NCBI GenBank assembly: GCA_946965045.2
Contig: OX337239.1
Coordinates: forward strand, 124,001-188,000
DNA from: Epithemia pelagica
Lineage: Eukaryota > Protista > Bacillariophyta
Direction: 5' to 3'
DNA length: 64,000 nt
Shown here: one piece after another, positions 1 to 11,915 of the stretch
How the letters are laid out: each line of letters begins with the position of its first letter
Numbering within the stretch: the first letter of the stretch is position 1
Program-made: the position numbers and the translations under genes
The notes under the pieces: model-generated
Told to the model about the DNA's origin: nothing
The model's input: the letters and a program-made list of their open reading frames with translations, nothing else
Databases searched by the model: none

Positions 1-4
1 CGTA

Positions 5-380
5 GTATTCGCGACCATTTGGGTTACACCCAAGCTTTTGAGCTTCAGAAAGGTCATTCTTGAACAAAACGAAATCATTGAGTCAACCGCTATGTGTGAG
101 TGGTAGCTTGGGTATCTTTGTATCTTTTTCTGCGACCGCGATCTTTTACGCTGTCTCTACTCGGAAGCACAGAAGCCAATTTCGCACGACCGGCGTCGTC
201 GTTGGATATTCGCGACCCCCCTTTACCTACACCCAGGCCGTCCGGCTTCAGAAAGGTTTCTGTTGAACAGTACAAAATAATTGATTCAGCCGCCATGGGT
301 AGTGGGTATCTTTGCTTGCAGAAAAAGATACCCCCATGAATCTTTTTTTCGGACAGCGAGAGCGACCGCGGTCTATTACA
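5..380. repeat. Diverged direct repeat, ~200-bp period, with a 10-bp hairpin in copy 2
   Basis: TATTCGCGACC..TACACCCA.GC..GCTTCAGAAAGGT..TTGAACA..GGGTATCTTTG occurs at ~6-120 and ~207-313. GGGTATCTTT/AAAGATACCC forms a stem at ~304-333. Confidence 0.55.
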
Positions 381-599
381 CTCATTTGGCTGAGAGGAAC
401 CACCACCAAAAACATTCCAACGACCGACCGAACCATGGCCCTCCACGAGAGTGTGTGGGCCACCCCCTTTCGTTCCCCCGTGCACCGTATATTTGTTCTT
501 GGAGGAGGAGGAGTAATACTCCTAGTAGCTACCTATATATTCTATCCATGGAATTGGAATGGTACATGCCCAATCCATAATGGCTCTTGGGACTGCGCC

Positions 600-1115
600 A
601 CGCAATGTATGACACCAGCACGACACTGTCGATACTCATGACAGTAGAAGATTGTGGAGTCATTGCAGCAAGTGGAGGCATTGCAATTCTGGCACCCAAA
701 CTTTTGATTCAACTCCGCAAGGCCGTTACAACAGTCATGCCCCACATTTGTCTCAAAACGCCTTGTCCACAACATCTTCTCGTCCCCTTGTGATTCCTCC
801 CAGTGTACGGTTGTTGCAACGTCCAGGACCAATAATCACCATTCGAGCACAACTTTGCTGACATGGCTGTTCCTGCTCCTTCAAAAGCTTGTCGACAGTC
901 ACTCCTGTCACAACTTCTTCCACACCATGGGCAGTTCCAGAGAATGCTGCTCGGACGGCACAACAAGACATGGCCGCTGGAACCGCTGCCGCAGCGGTTC
1001 TCATGGCTATGGCAGCTGCGCAACTACCAATCCCTTTTGCAGCTACCAAGATTTGGACGGCCTTTGCTTGGCGAGCATGATTCTTCCGAAAAATCACCAG
1101 CAAGCCAAACGTCAA
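600..1115 (-). pseudogene. Probable degraded coding fragment of unknown family
   Basis: Protein-like frame (AKGIGSCAAA..GARMV..RCNNRTLGGITRGREDV) that continues through stops and frameshifts. No family recognised. Confidence 0.25.
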
Positions 1116-1994
1116 TCATCATCAAGGGTGCCAGATCCTCGGGGGTTGACCAAAGACTGGAACCACATCACATTTGGTTGAGAAACGTTTTGGAGGAACC
1201 ATTGTTGCTTTGCTGCTGCCGCGAACACGTCTGGAAGGAACATAGGGGATAAATTTGATGACGAATGGAGTGACTGGCGGTAGTTTTGGTTGTCGAGTGT
1301 CGTCGTCGACGGTTGTTGGGGCCAAAAAGTGAGGGCGACAAGCAAATGGTGGGTTCTGAAGGAATAGTATCGATTTCCGATTCCAACTCGGTAGTGAGGT
1401 CCAAAGGAATTGCTGATGATGAAAGAGGTTTGTATCACGAGGACCATGAGGCCACAGACACAAGGTCTTCAGCATACCACATAATAACAACCGGAGTACG
1501 GTGGACTGAACAGGGAAACGTTCGCATGGGAGTGTGTTTGACTGTCTGCAATGCCGCAGTGAACCAGTCGGTGCGTCGTCAACGAATCGATCCACTGCGT
1601 CCGGTTGGGAAAAAAAGGAGCCAAGAATTGCCAAAAGAGAGAGCGGGTAACTTTTGAGTGGCCCACGTTACAAGAATCATTCGACAGGCGAACGAACGTA
1701 CAAGACGTTAAACAAAACGGTCCTTCAATAATTATTCTTGAAGCCCAGACTATCGCATACCGATGCAGCGCACGCCGGGGATCAATTTAGGCGGAGGATC
1801 CTCACAATTTTGGCCGGTCTTCACAAGACCACCCAATCCGTATTGTTTTCGCGAGATCGAGAAGAAGTTTGTTCTTCAAATCTCTTTTACCCTAGAGTCC
1901 GCCCCATCTATTTGCACCGTAGAACGAGTTTGTAGAACACGTGAGGAGTAAGAGTCAGCGACGCTCTTATCGTGGAGTCTTGCTCCTGAAGATC

Positions 1995-3221
1995 ATGGTC
2001 AATGATTTTTCAAACTTTCGATACGTTCGATGGGAATATTTGGACCAAGGAGTGCGGTTTGGCGATGGTCGGACCATGAAAAAATCGTTCCCACACTACC
2101 TTTGTCCGGTGGAGAAGAAAAGTCGGCTTGTGTATATTTCTCATAGAAACTGGACTCAAATTCCAGGACGAGCAGATCCAGAAAAGGATGCCTTTGTCGA
2201 GTTTACCGCGGTGGCATCGAGACTCCGGACAAGGTTTCATGGATTTGTGCTGTGGGAAACCAATCTTTCGTACGGGGGCAAAATACCCGATGAAGATTCA
2301 TGGAAGCATTTTCGATTTGTGGTCAAGCATTGCTTTGTCTATTTGGCCTCTCCGTACGGAATCGTGCATGAGCGCTCTTGGCTCCGGTATGAGGCAGTTC
2401 GTGCTCTGATGTGTCAACGTTTGATTTTGAATCGAAATTCCAGAGACCTGGTGCAACGAATTCGAACTCGCCCGTCACTCAAACTCGTGGAAGAGTTTGT
2501 GAAGGATGCACATATCTGGTACCCTGAAGATCGAGAACTTCTCAATAAATTTCTCCATAAAGAATTCACACCCGAATCCTTCGCTTATGATTTCAAACTG
2601 ATCGAAATTGCTAAACAAATTCCTCTTGAAGTGAACGAGGTGACTGGTTGGAACAAAATTAAAGCAAAAGGTATCAAGGAACAAGATTTGAACAAGAAAC
2701 GAGTTCTCATGGTATCTCACAAATGGGAGACATTGGAACATCCGGATGATGATCAATCCAGCCAACTCAAAGAGATTGTCAAATATCTCAAGGACAAGAG
2801 GACAGAGTTTGACTATCTGTTTTATGACTCCAAATGCTTGGACCAATCTATGCCGACGGAATCCCTTATGCGAGTGAATCACTTGTTTGCCGAGTGTCCT
2901 TGTCTTTGTCTCACCAACGAACGATACCTCCAAAGCTCCTGGTGTCTCTTTGAGCTGTGCATAAACTCGTTGAACCGAGGGGATCCTGAAAAAGTTGGAA
3001 TTGTCGACCACCACATCTTCACTTGGTTGAAGGATGCTTGGTTGGTTCGCCAAATGGGGTACGCGCACACACTGGAAACATCGGTCGTAGTTTTGGACTT
3101 GCCCAAAGACAACCTTCACCTGAAATCACAAGTTAGAACACTCTTCTTGTCAGAATCCACAACCATGACCAACCGAAGTGATGAAACCATTATGCTTAAT
3201 CTTTTGGACAAGTTAATTTGA
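1995..3221 (+). CDS. Protein with two tandem HET/TIR-like domains (~408 aa, intronless)
   Basis: C-terminal domain has VSHKW..HPDD..QL..YLFYDSKCLDQ..YLQSSWCLFE, the SHxW/HPD/DxxCxxQ/WCxxE pattern of HET-type TIR-fold domains. N-terminal domain has parallel motifs YISHRNW..ADPE..ERSWLRYE. First ATG is at 1995. Confidence 0.75.
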   Translation: MVNDFSNFRYVRWEYLDQGVRFGDGRTMKKSFPHYLCPVEKKSRLVYISHRNWTQIPGRADPEKDAFVEFTAVASRLRTRFHGFVLWETNLSYGGKIPDEDSWKHFRFVVKHCFVYLASPYGIVHERSWLRYEAVRALMCQRLILNRNSRDLVQRIRTRPSLKLVEEFVKDAHIWYPEDRELLNKFLHKEFTPESFAYDFKLIEIAKQIPLEVNEVTGWNKIKAKGIKEQDLNKKRVLMVSHKWETLEHPDDDQSSQLKEIVKYLKDKRTEFDYLFYDSKCLDQSMPTESLMRVNHLFAECPCLCLTNERYLQSSWCLFELCINSLNRGDPEKVGIVDHHIFTWLKDAWLVRQMGYAHTLETSVVVLDLPKDNLHLKSQVRTLFLSESTTMTNRSDETIMLNLLDKLI

Positions 3222-3429
3222 TTCAATAGTCTCGGGACACACGATAATAAGATGCATATATTAATACAGCTCGACAAAAAACATCTGCGGAATCGGTTGA
3301 GAATCTCTCGCACCTTTATGACATGGCACCAACGAAGGAGAGTGCTGCATCTTTGTGGCAACGACGAAATGGGGAGAACAGGATCTCACTCGTGACCACA
3401 AAACGGAATCAACAATGCCGCACTATGCT

Positions 3430-3900
3430 AAATGGTTGGTGTTGCTCTCCAAGGCCCACTCTTTGAAATGGAAGGATTGAATTTTGTGAGAAGCTGGTGC
3501 TGCAGCATTACGGTTGTGGCTGCCTGTTGGGTTGGATTCGCACCCAAACTGGCCACCGCCGAGATGTGGTGAATCGACGTGGGTCGTTCTGTGGTCGTCC
3601 GTGTCAGGGCCCACTTCTTGGGTTCACCACCACCAACATCCTTTCTGTTACTACTACTTGTAGTACGGTCCAGGGATTCGGTACTTTGTCGTTCTCCTCC
3701 ACCAAAGCCACCCGAGAAGCGACGCTGAATGTGACGACGAAGGGGAACACCACCACCACTGGTCTGCTGGTTGTTCTGGTTCTGGGTCTGGGTGTTGCAA
3801 GATTTTGGAATGGGTGAAATCAGGGCCCATTTTTCTTCATCATCATCATCATCATCATCATCTTGCAGCGATAGCCCTTCCCAAATTCTTCACTGCTAGA
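3430..3900 (-). pseudogene. Inverted fragment paralogous to the N-terminal part of the 19122-22687 gene
   Basis: Reverse complement reads WALISPIPKSCN..LRRHIQRRFSGGFG..ESLDR, matching WALISPIPKACN..FRRRIQRRFSGGFG..ESLDR at ~19420-19590. Confidence 0.75.
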
Positions 3901-4046
3901 TTCTAAAGCTTTGTACACCACAATAACACGAGGCACACAAACCAATCACAACGTAATACTATCACCGTCGAGGTTCACGTCTCCTCACTGTTTCACGTCA
4001 TGATTCTGTCAACCTTACTAATACAACCGTAGGAATGGCTCGTGTG

Positions 4047-5741
4047 TCAAGAATGCCTCATCCTGGTGGGGGACTTTGAACCAGGATGATATAAAGAACA
4101 CGTCGTCCTTGTCCTCAAGTGATAATAGATGAGCGTGCACCACAATCGTTGCAAGTGTCGTGTGATTTGTGGAGTGTAATACAAGAGAGGGCAAGTGGTA
4201 GATTGGTTCTCGTCGTCCTCCTCCTTCCATTTAGTAGTACTAGCAAACCGTGCCAGACTGCTCCACGTCAAGGCCACGGACCTACCGATACAAGAGACTG
4301 TTTCGACCTTGGTCCGACCATCAAAGCCACCCACGACCAATACATGCCACTCCCAAATCACCCTGCGGCCATCGCCTTGTCGTTGTCGTTGTGGTGTTGG
4401 TGTGACAGTAGTGGGAGTGTTCGTAGAGTACCATGGCAAACACAAGACTCCACACGAGACGCGACGACCTTCTTCTTGTGCAAGACGAACCAATGGGGAT
4501 TTGCACCGACGTGGCACCACCACCATTCTTGTTGGGTCGCTAGTAGTACTAGTAGTAGTAGAAGAAGAAGGCACGAGATCCACCCCGATGCATTCCACCG
4601 AAAGGGTGACTTCTTGATTTTGATGGTTCCATCCTCCCACCACCCAAAAAAGTTGTTCATGTCTGGATGCTGGACGACCAGCAACAGCAGACTGTGGAGG
4701 AACGGCAATCAGACAGCAATGCGATCGTGCCTCAGACAAGACACTGTCTGTATGCAACTTCCAAGGAGTCTGGTGGTTGGCGTATGGTACTCGTAGGAGA
4801 TGAGAATCGTCCTCCTTCTTCTCACGGTCCTCCTTGTTGTTATGGCTGTCCAGCTGCCAGGTCCACGATTCGACCGTATCGTATTTGACACCTTCGGGGC
4901 CTTCCCCTCCCACCACCCATACCGTGATGGTTGGTATGTTGCTGTTAGAATCAATGGTAGTAGCAGCCGCCGCACAGGCATAGCGTGGCACGGTCAGGGG
5001 TGGTCCGGAACAAATGGTCATGTTCCAGGCAGCAGTGGTCCAAGTATCCAACAGATCCACACTGGACAATTCTCCTCGTGTTGAATGATAGCCGCCCATG
5101 ACTACAATATACCGATTGGCAAGGGACACGGCTGCACAGCCTTCGCGGGCACACGACAAGCGCACCGGCAGCACTTGCCAGTGATTGTTGTTGTTGTTGT
5201 TTGGTGGATTGGGATTCGTCAAGTCGGAGAGGGCAATGCGTTCGATCGAATCCAATTGGTGCTGTCCATTGTAGCCCGCAATGGCATACAAATCGGTGCC
5301 ACACACGACGGCCGCCAATTCATCGCGAAGACAAGTCATGGCCGGTCCATACTGCCAGGAATAACAAGAAGAAGAAGAAGACGACGATGAATCAAAAGAA
5401 GAAGAATCCTTTGAGTTGTGGTCGTCAGGTTCGTTGTACCACAACAGGAGAACAGCATTGGAGCGACCGGAAGGCGTACTTCCACCCAAAACGGCGGCCA
5501 GGCATGTCTTGTTGTTGTCCTTGTCGTTGTAGTCGTAAGGAAGCGCTACGAGAGCATGTCGAGAGCGTGGCCCACCCAACAAGGAGGGAGGAACAGGAGG
5601 CCGTTGGTTGCAAGTGTTGGCGTTGGAAAAATCGTTGGGATGGATCCAACACCAACCATTGCGAATCCAATATGAGAATGATTGCAATGGTTCGTCTAGA
5701 TTCCCATCATCACGGTCATTCGGATTGTAAACATCGTCCAT
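4047..5741 (-). CDS. Kelch-repeat protein with low-complexity insertions
   Basis: Repeated Kelch blades: LYAIAGYNG..LDSIER, REGCAAV..IVVMGGY..LSSVD, RYACAA..WVVGGEG, RSHCC..WVVGGWN, LVVGGFDG. The open frame extends to 5831 and the ATG is at 5741. Confidence 0.8.
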   Translation of the reverse strand: MDDVYNPNDRDDGNLDEPLQSFSYWIRNGWCWIHPNDFSNANTCNQRPPVPPSLLGGPRSRHALVALPYDYNDKDNNKTCLAAVLGGSTPSGRSNAVLLLWYNEPDDHNSKDSSSFDSSSSSSSSCYSWQYGPAMTCLRDELAAVVCGTDLYAIAGYNGQHQLDSIERIALSDLTNPNPPNNNNNNHWQVLPVRLSCAREGCAAVSLANRYIVVMGGYHSTRGELSSVDLLDTWTTAAWNMTICSGPPLTVPRYACAAAATTIDSNSNIPTITVWVVGGEGPEGVKYDTVESWTWQLDSHNNKEDREKKEDDSHLLRVPYANHQTPWKLHTDSVLSEARSHCCLIAVPPQSAVAGRPASRHEQLFWVVGGWNHQNQEVTLSVECIGVDLVPSSSTTTSTTSDPTRMVVVPRRCKSPLVRLAQEEGRRVSCGVLCLPWYSTNTPTTVTPTPQRQRQGDGRRVIWEWHVLVVGGFDGRTKVETVSCIGRSVALTWSSLARFASTTKWKEEDDENQSTTCPLLYYTPQITRHLQRLWCTLIYYHLRTRTTCSLYHPGSKSPTRMRHS

Positions 5742-6894
5742 TCTTTGTTCGTGGTGTGATGGTTTTTGGAGCTGGATCTTTTGGATCTTTTGGAGATGGA
5801 CCGAGTCACGCAAGACTTGGGCATGACCCAAATCACGACCAAAACGAGAGTTCAGTCACGGGGATCCAGTGAATCGTCTAGGAATGATTCCTCTAGCTAT
5901 CTAGCTAGGTAGGAATAGCTAGTAGGAGTAGGTACTACTCCTAGGCAGGTAGGAGTACATCTAACCGAAGAACCCAGCCAACCAAGCCAGCAATGCCGGT
6001 ATGGACGCCATGTTCCGTGTCACTGTCTGATCCGTCAACGACAAGGGACGACGGAGAAAAACTGCCGCCGTGGAGTCCTTTGACGTGGGCGGATCCGACC
6101 GTGACACTGCGGAGGATGGTGGTCTGTCGAGATGCTGGCTGTTGGTTTGTTGGTGTCTGTGTTGCAAAGAATAGTGTCGAGAGGTTGTGTTGGATCGACT
6201 GAAACGAAACAAAGCCACAGCGGCAATCACTATCCTACGACGATGAGTTTATCTTTCTTTTTGGCTCTGTTGGGGTGGTGCATGTCGAAGTGCGTCGAAT
6301 GGTTCGTTGGGGACGATGATGGACTCTGTGTGCATGTGTGTGTGGGTCGGCTTGGCTCGGACGGAATCCCTCCACACCGACGACATGCGGCACCAGGTAG
6401 TAGTAGTAGTACTGCGGACTGCGGAGCATGCCCACGATATATCCCACACACAGTCGCAGCCGCAGGAATGGTTCCAACTCCAACACCAGGCCCACCGAGA
6501 CGACGACAAGAGCCCGACAAGACGTAATGGTTGGATCGAACGTATCGATACCTCGAATGGTAGTCGCAAAACCTGAAACTCGTGTGCTAGGTACTACTAG
6601 TTTGTTCCGCATTCCTCTTTTTCTCTCTGTGTGTATTGTACTATTGTTTTGTCACCCATCGGTTGCCGGTTCCAAAATTCCAAGGCAAGGAGATTGGAAG
6701 CAAACCCATACACTATCACTCGTAGGAGGATGATTCGTAGTATTCTTATTATCAGTAGTATGGGTTAGGCGCAACAACAGCAATAGGCTTCATTGGGATA
6801 GTTTTCGCGGGTCATGATACCCGTTCGAATCTTGTCGTAGAACGAGCCATGCACGAGTCCCATACAAAAGAAGAAAAACAGGTGGGAGTGGCCA

Positions 6895-7560
6895 TCACTG
6901 TCGTGAACCCAAATCGAGCAAACTCCCACGACGTGATAGCAAATGGACGCCACAGGTTGGATGGAATTGAAGGACGCCCACAAGTCCCAACAAGGCAACG
7001 ACCACCTGTTGTGCAATAGGGCAACAACAAAAGGAACGCATCGACAAAAGCAATGCATCAAAGGTGAGAACAAGAGGTTGTGAGGACACGGGGCTGTTGG
7101 TTCTTTGATTCTTGTGGCGTACCTTGACCAAGTCCATGACAATCGGGTTCACGTATTGATGATCGTCTAGTAGGTTGTCGTTGTTGTCTTCATTCGTCGT
7201 AGTGTCTTTGTTCTTCCCTACCAACACGGATACCACGGGGATGAGGCCATCCAATAGATTCATGAGATTCATTACGATCAGCAGGATGCGGTCATCGCAA
7301 CACCATACACAATCACTGCTACTACTAGGATCCTCCTCAGGTTCTTCGTGAGGTTGCTGTGGTGTACTAGATGGTGTGGACGTGGGAGCCTCGTACTCGT
7401 CCTGGTTGTCCTCCAGTCCCTGCATGGCACCAGGGCTTTCCTCGTCGTCATGACCATGGCGGTGCGGATTGTTGTTGTTGTTGGTCGCGGTGGTGGTGGA
7501 GGAAGCCAAGAGAAAGCCAGTCTCTGGCTCGGGCGGTCCTTCCTTCCAGTTCATGTTGTT
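6895..7560 (-). pseudogene. Possible membrane-protein fragment
   Basis: Acidic N-terminal region, then hydrophobic segments (RILLIVMNL..LIPVV; VVVALLGLVGVL). Frame ends abruptly. No family recognised. Confidence 0.25.
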
Positions 7561-7749
7561 ACTTCGAGAGAGACGAATGATAAAAGAGAGAGAGAGAGAG
7601 AACAGAGACGAGACGACAATGGATTCTCCGCTCGATCTTTGTGAAAGAGTGGATACCATGAAAGATGGTTTGATTAAAAGAATAATGCCAGTCATTCGTC
7701 ATAAACACAGAAATACAAAAAAATTTAATAAATACAATGTCTAATATCC

Positions 7750-8460
7750 AGCAGTACGTTGTACGTTCCTGCTCGTTTCCCGAACCGTTCTCCGCCTTCT
7801 CCGATAATAGGGATTGATACAGTCGACGCCGATGTCGTATTTTGTGCGCCTTGACCGATGGAACCGCATCAATCAAGACGTGTTCCAATCCCATACTGTT
7901 GTCGCGTTCCATACGGTTTTGGTGACTCTGTACGGTTGGCAATCCTCCATTGTCGTGCGTCAAACGTCTTCACAGCACACACGTAATACGCCAGAGCCCA
8001 TGGAGGACCTTGAAGGACGGTAATTTGAATCGGTTCGGTTGAACACCCTTCATTGTTGTCGCCATAGTGTCTACACAGCACACACGGTACGCCAGATCCC
8101 ATGGATTTTGAAGGACGGTACTAGTCGTTCTCCGTATGGACGCGTGTGACAACGAGGAGAGGCTCTGGACCAACGGTTGTGCTCCTGGCATTGGGCAGCG
8201 GCGCGTTGATACGATCGACTTTCATATGATAGGCCAATGCGACAGGGTCTACTTTCCTTTGCGGACATTCCTGGCGACGGACTGTACCAACAGGTCCTGT
8301 ACATTTTCTCGTGTGTCAGGATGGGGATCCATCGAGCATTTCATTCCGAGCCATGTTCCATTGACCCGTCTTGGTCGGTGGATGGACCCAGGAATCCCAC
8401 CAAAACATGCCACTGGCGTATTTGGAACTTATTTTGAGACAGCTGTGGAAGACTACCCTT
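7750..8460 (-). pseudogene. Inverted, frameshifted copy of the C-terminal domain of the 19122-22687 gene
   Basis: MERDNSMGLEHVLIDAVPSVKA..RRRLYQ..GNEQER and STVLQNPW.LAYRVCC are near-identical to 21971-22687, but split across several frames. Confidence 0.85.
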
Positions 8461-9139
8461 GGTCTCTTCTGTTTTCCTGGAGTCAGCGGAAGAATCGTGG
8501 ACCTATTACCTACCTACCTAACTAGGTACTTACCTTCTCCTCCCTACCTAGCGACTGAGCTATACTTACTCCTACCCCGTACCGACTTCCCATAGAGACG
8601 ATTCACAACGTTCCACTTCCACAGGATGCGTGCGTAAACACGACCAGGACCAACTAAAAATTTTTTATCGGGGTTACGACCAGTTTTCGGTGATAGTAAC
8701 CGATGATCAACGGTTGAATGCGCCGACCGACACTCTCGTACTTAGGGACGCAGACTTTTGCTCGGCTTTGGTTTGTCTTGGTATTTGGAGACTGGAGATT
8801 TTTGGGAGGTGCGGCCACATTTTTCCAGTGTTTGTCCACCGAACCCAAGTACGAATACTACTCCCAATTCTATGGGAAACCTCCAAACGCTCCCTGCCGT
8901 CTCTTATCACACAACGGCTTGCCAGAAGAACAAGCGCGAGGGATTGATGAGGAGGTGATGCAACGGATCCTTGTCTGTCCAATCGGCAGACAAAATTGAA
9001 GAGCGTCCCCAAAAGCACACCAAGAAAACCACAAGAGGACCATTCCCATTATAAAAAAACTCTCAACGGTGGCCTCCACCTCAACCCACACACACACAAT
9101 TTGGATTGACTCTCGTCACTACTCCACTGTATCACCAAC

Positions 9140-11262
9140 ATGTTTAGCACGGGCGACATTTACGACAATGAAGAGGGCGGCGGTGCCGGTCATTCGTTGC
9201 CGACTCCGGAAGATCTCAAGACGGAACAAGTGATTTCGTCGATTGGCAAGGAAGACCGAGAAGATTTTCAAGTTCCCGACTATGCGTCCAAGACTCGCCG
9301 TCTGCGTCCGCTCCTCCTCTGGATCGCCGGGGCCTTGTGCTTGGTCTTGATCATTGGCTTGTCGGTGGGTTTGGCCACGCGGGGCGAACGCGAGGGCAAG
9401 GCCACGGGCCAAGAATTGGAAGAGGGTCGTCCGAGTTCGGTGGACGCCGATTTGTGGGCCCAAATTGTCGCCCTCCTGGAACCCTACACGTTGCGCCGCA
9501 CCCTCGTCACGTCCGGGACGCCGCAACACGAGGCTGCCTCTTGGTTGGCCGAGCAAGTCGTCGACTACCAACTCCCCGTGCCCGAAACGAGCGACTACGA
9601 GACGGCCGTCGATTTCTTGCAGCCCTACGCCTTGGCGACACTGTATTTTGCCCTGGACGGTCCCAATTGGAAGTACAAGTTGGGCTTTTTGAATTTGCAA
9701 CAAAATTCCGTCTGTCGGTGGCGAGAAAAGAAAGATTTGGTGCCGACAAATCCCTTTATGATTTCGGCCCAAGAAGGCATTATCCCCAAGGCCATTCGAA
9801 CCATTCGCGGCGACTCGCTGGCCGACCATCCCGATATCATGTCTACCAATGTCGGCGTCAAGTGCAACGAAGACGGCGAAGTCGTCTTGGTCTTTTTGCG
9901 TACGTACTATATTCGCACACTGTGGACTGTGTGGGTGGCGAGATTTGCATTCTTATTCTAACCCACGTGTGCGTGTCTTGATATTGTTGTGTTTCTCACT
10001 CTACAGCCGACAACAACCTCAAGGGTGAACTCCCGTCGGAATTGGGTATTTTGCGCGCCCTCAAGCATTTCTCGGTCGACATGAATGCCATTTCGGGCAC
10101 CCTGCCCTCTACCTTGGCCCAATGGACCAACATGGAAGTGCTGAATGTCGAAGACAATCAACTAAAGGGCCCGATTCCCCCGTTTGTGCGCAATTGGGTC
10201 CATCTCAAGGCTCTGTCCTTGGCCAAGAACCACTTTACGGGCAGTGTCCCGAACATGGCCGCCTTGACCAAACTCCGGACCGCCTCCCTCAATGACAATC
10301 AATTGACGGGCGGCATTGCCATGTTTAATCAAAATTTGAATTTGGAAACCCTCTTTTTGCAAAACAATAAATTTACCGGAGTCTTTGACCAAGATCTTTT
10401 GGATGACGTCAATCTCTACATTTTTGACTGTTCCAACAACTCCATTACCGGTCAACTCAACACGGACTGGTATAGCGTGGACATTCTCAATGTGCACACC
10501 AATCAATTGAACGGCGTCTTGCCCGAAACGGATGGCTCACATCATTCGTTGGCCTACTTGTCGGCCTATGGCAACAATCTCGAGGGACAACTTCCCGACA
10601 ATCTCAATTCCTTGACGACGCTCTACCATTTGGACGTGTCGGACAATCTCTTGACGGGGACCATTCCGACGACCTTGGATGGCATGGACCGATTGGAATA
10701 CTTGTACTTGGGCGACAATGATTACGACGAACAGCCCTTTCCACCGCTCGGCGACTGTCTGGGGTTGCAAGAGTTGTCCTTACGATCGTGCAACATTCGC
10801 GACACGATTCCCCCCTTTGTCGGACGCCGCTTGAATCAACTCGTCTTGTTGGATTTGTCAGACAATAGCCTGCAAGGCGAAATTCCCCATCACTTGGCCC
10901 GTCCCATTGGCATGAGATTTTTGCTCTTGTCGCACAACAATTTTACGGGCACCGTGCCGGAAAATTTGGCCGCCCTGCCCGATTTGAATCTCTTGACCGT
11001 CGACCACAATCCCCTACTCTATGGTTCCTTGGGTGATATTTGTTCGGACGAATGGGGGCCGGCCAATTTGGATATCCTTCGCACCGATTGTACCCTGAAT
11101 TGCACCTGCTGTGACGAATGTTGTGCCCTGGATGCGGACGACGACAAGTGCGGCAATGACGAGGTGTCGCCCAATTTGCTCGGACAAGGCCATTACAAGC
11201 GCGGAGAGTTTGTCTTTACCGAAGAATTGGTCTTTGCCGGCGATGAAGATGGAGACGATTAA
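9140..11262 (+). CDS. Type-II membrane leucine-rich-repeat protein, 2 exons (9140-9899, 10007-11262)
   Basis: N-terminal TM (LLLWIAGALCLVLIIGLSVGLA), QPYALATLYFALDGPNW cap, many LxxLxLxxNxLxGxIP repeats and a CTLNCTCCDECC tail. Splicing gives VFL-P-DNNLKGELPSELG in frame. Confidence 0.9.
9900..10006 (+). other. Spliceosomal intron (107 nt, phase 1)
   Basis: GTACGT donor and TCTCACTCTACAG acceptor. Removal restores the LRR reading frame. Confidence 0.85.
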
Positions 11263-11575
11263 TATTGGAATCGGCTATCTATCCCACACACCCTTGACCG
11301 TGGTTCCGTCGGGAACGATCGAAGCATGGTAAGGATTCGTTCCATCCATGTGATGGACCACAAGAGAGTTACACATTTTCTTCATTCAGTTCGAGAACAA
11401 CACCCACAACGATTTGATACTCCCAGTTATATTAGACATGAAAGACTATTGGAACAATTGCGTCTATATTGATGTGTACCTCTAGCTAGGATCGCAGACG
11501 CGGATAGGCACTGACGTCTTCTCGCTCGCGCATTTATATGATCCAGTCGCTTATTCGAGCTTGGATCATCGATGA

Positions 11576-11667
11576 GCGAGCCATCCAGCTTTGTCTTGGT
11601 CGTGGGAATTCCGGCTCGCAGCTCTTGTTTTCTCACAAAATTGTGATTCGCAAAACACGAGAGAGAG
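11576..11667 (+). repeat. ~92-bp dispersed repeat, copy 1
   Basis: GGCTCGCAGCTCTTGTTTTCTCACAAAATTGTGATTCGCAAAACACGAGAGAGA is the reverse complement of 25218-25310. Confidence 0.85.
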
Positions 11668-11915
11668 AGACGATTCACCATCATATATCAGATCATAGAG
11701 AGAGTCTTTTGTGGTGGTAGGGGAAGCTGTATGAGGATGGAGGACCACATTCCACCTGACTCATTTCTCGGAGAACTAGTAGCTACAATGCCTGATGCAA
11801 ACAATTGGAACGTCTCGATTTTGTGGTTGTGAGATCAAACAAAGAAGAACAATAAGCTTCTCTGGATTGTGCCTCATACCTTGTTGTTGTTGTGGTTGTT
11901 TGCGACACCACTGGA

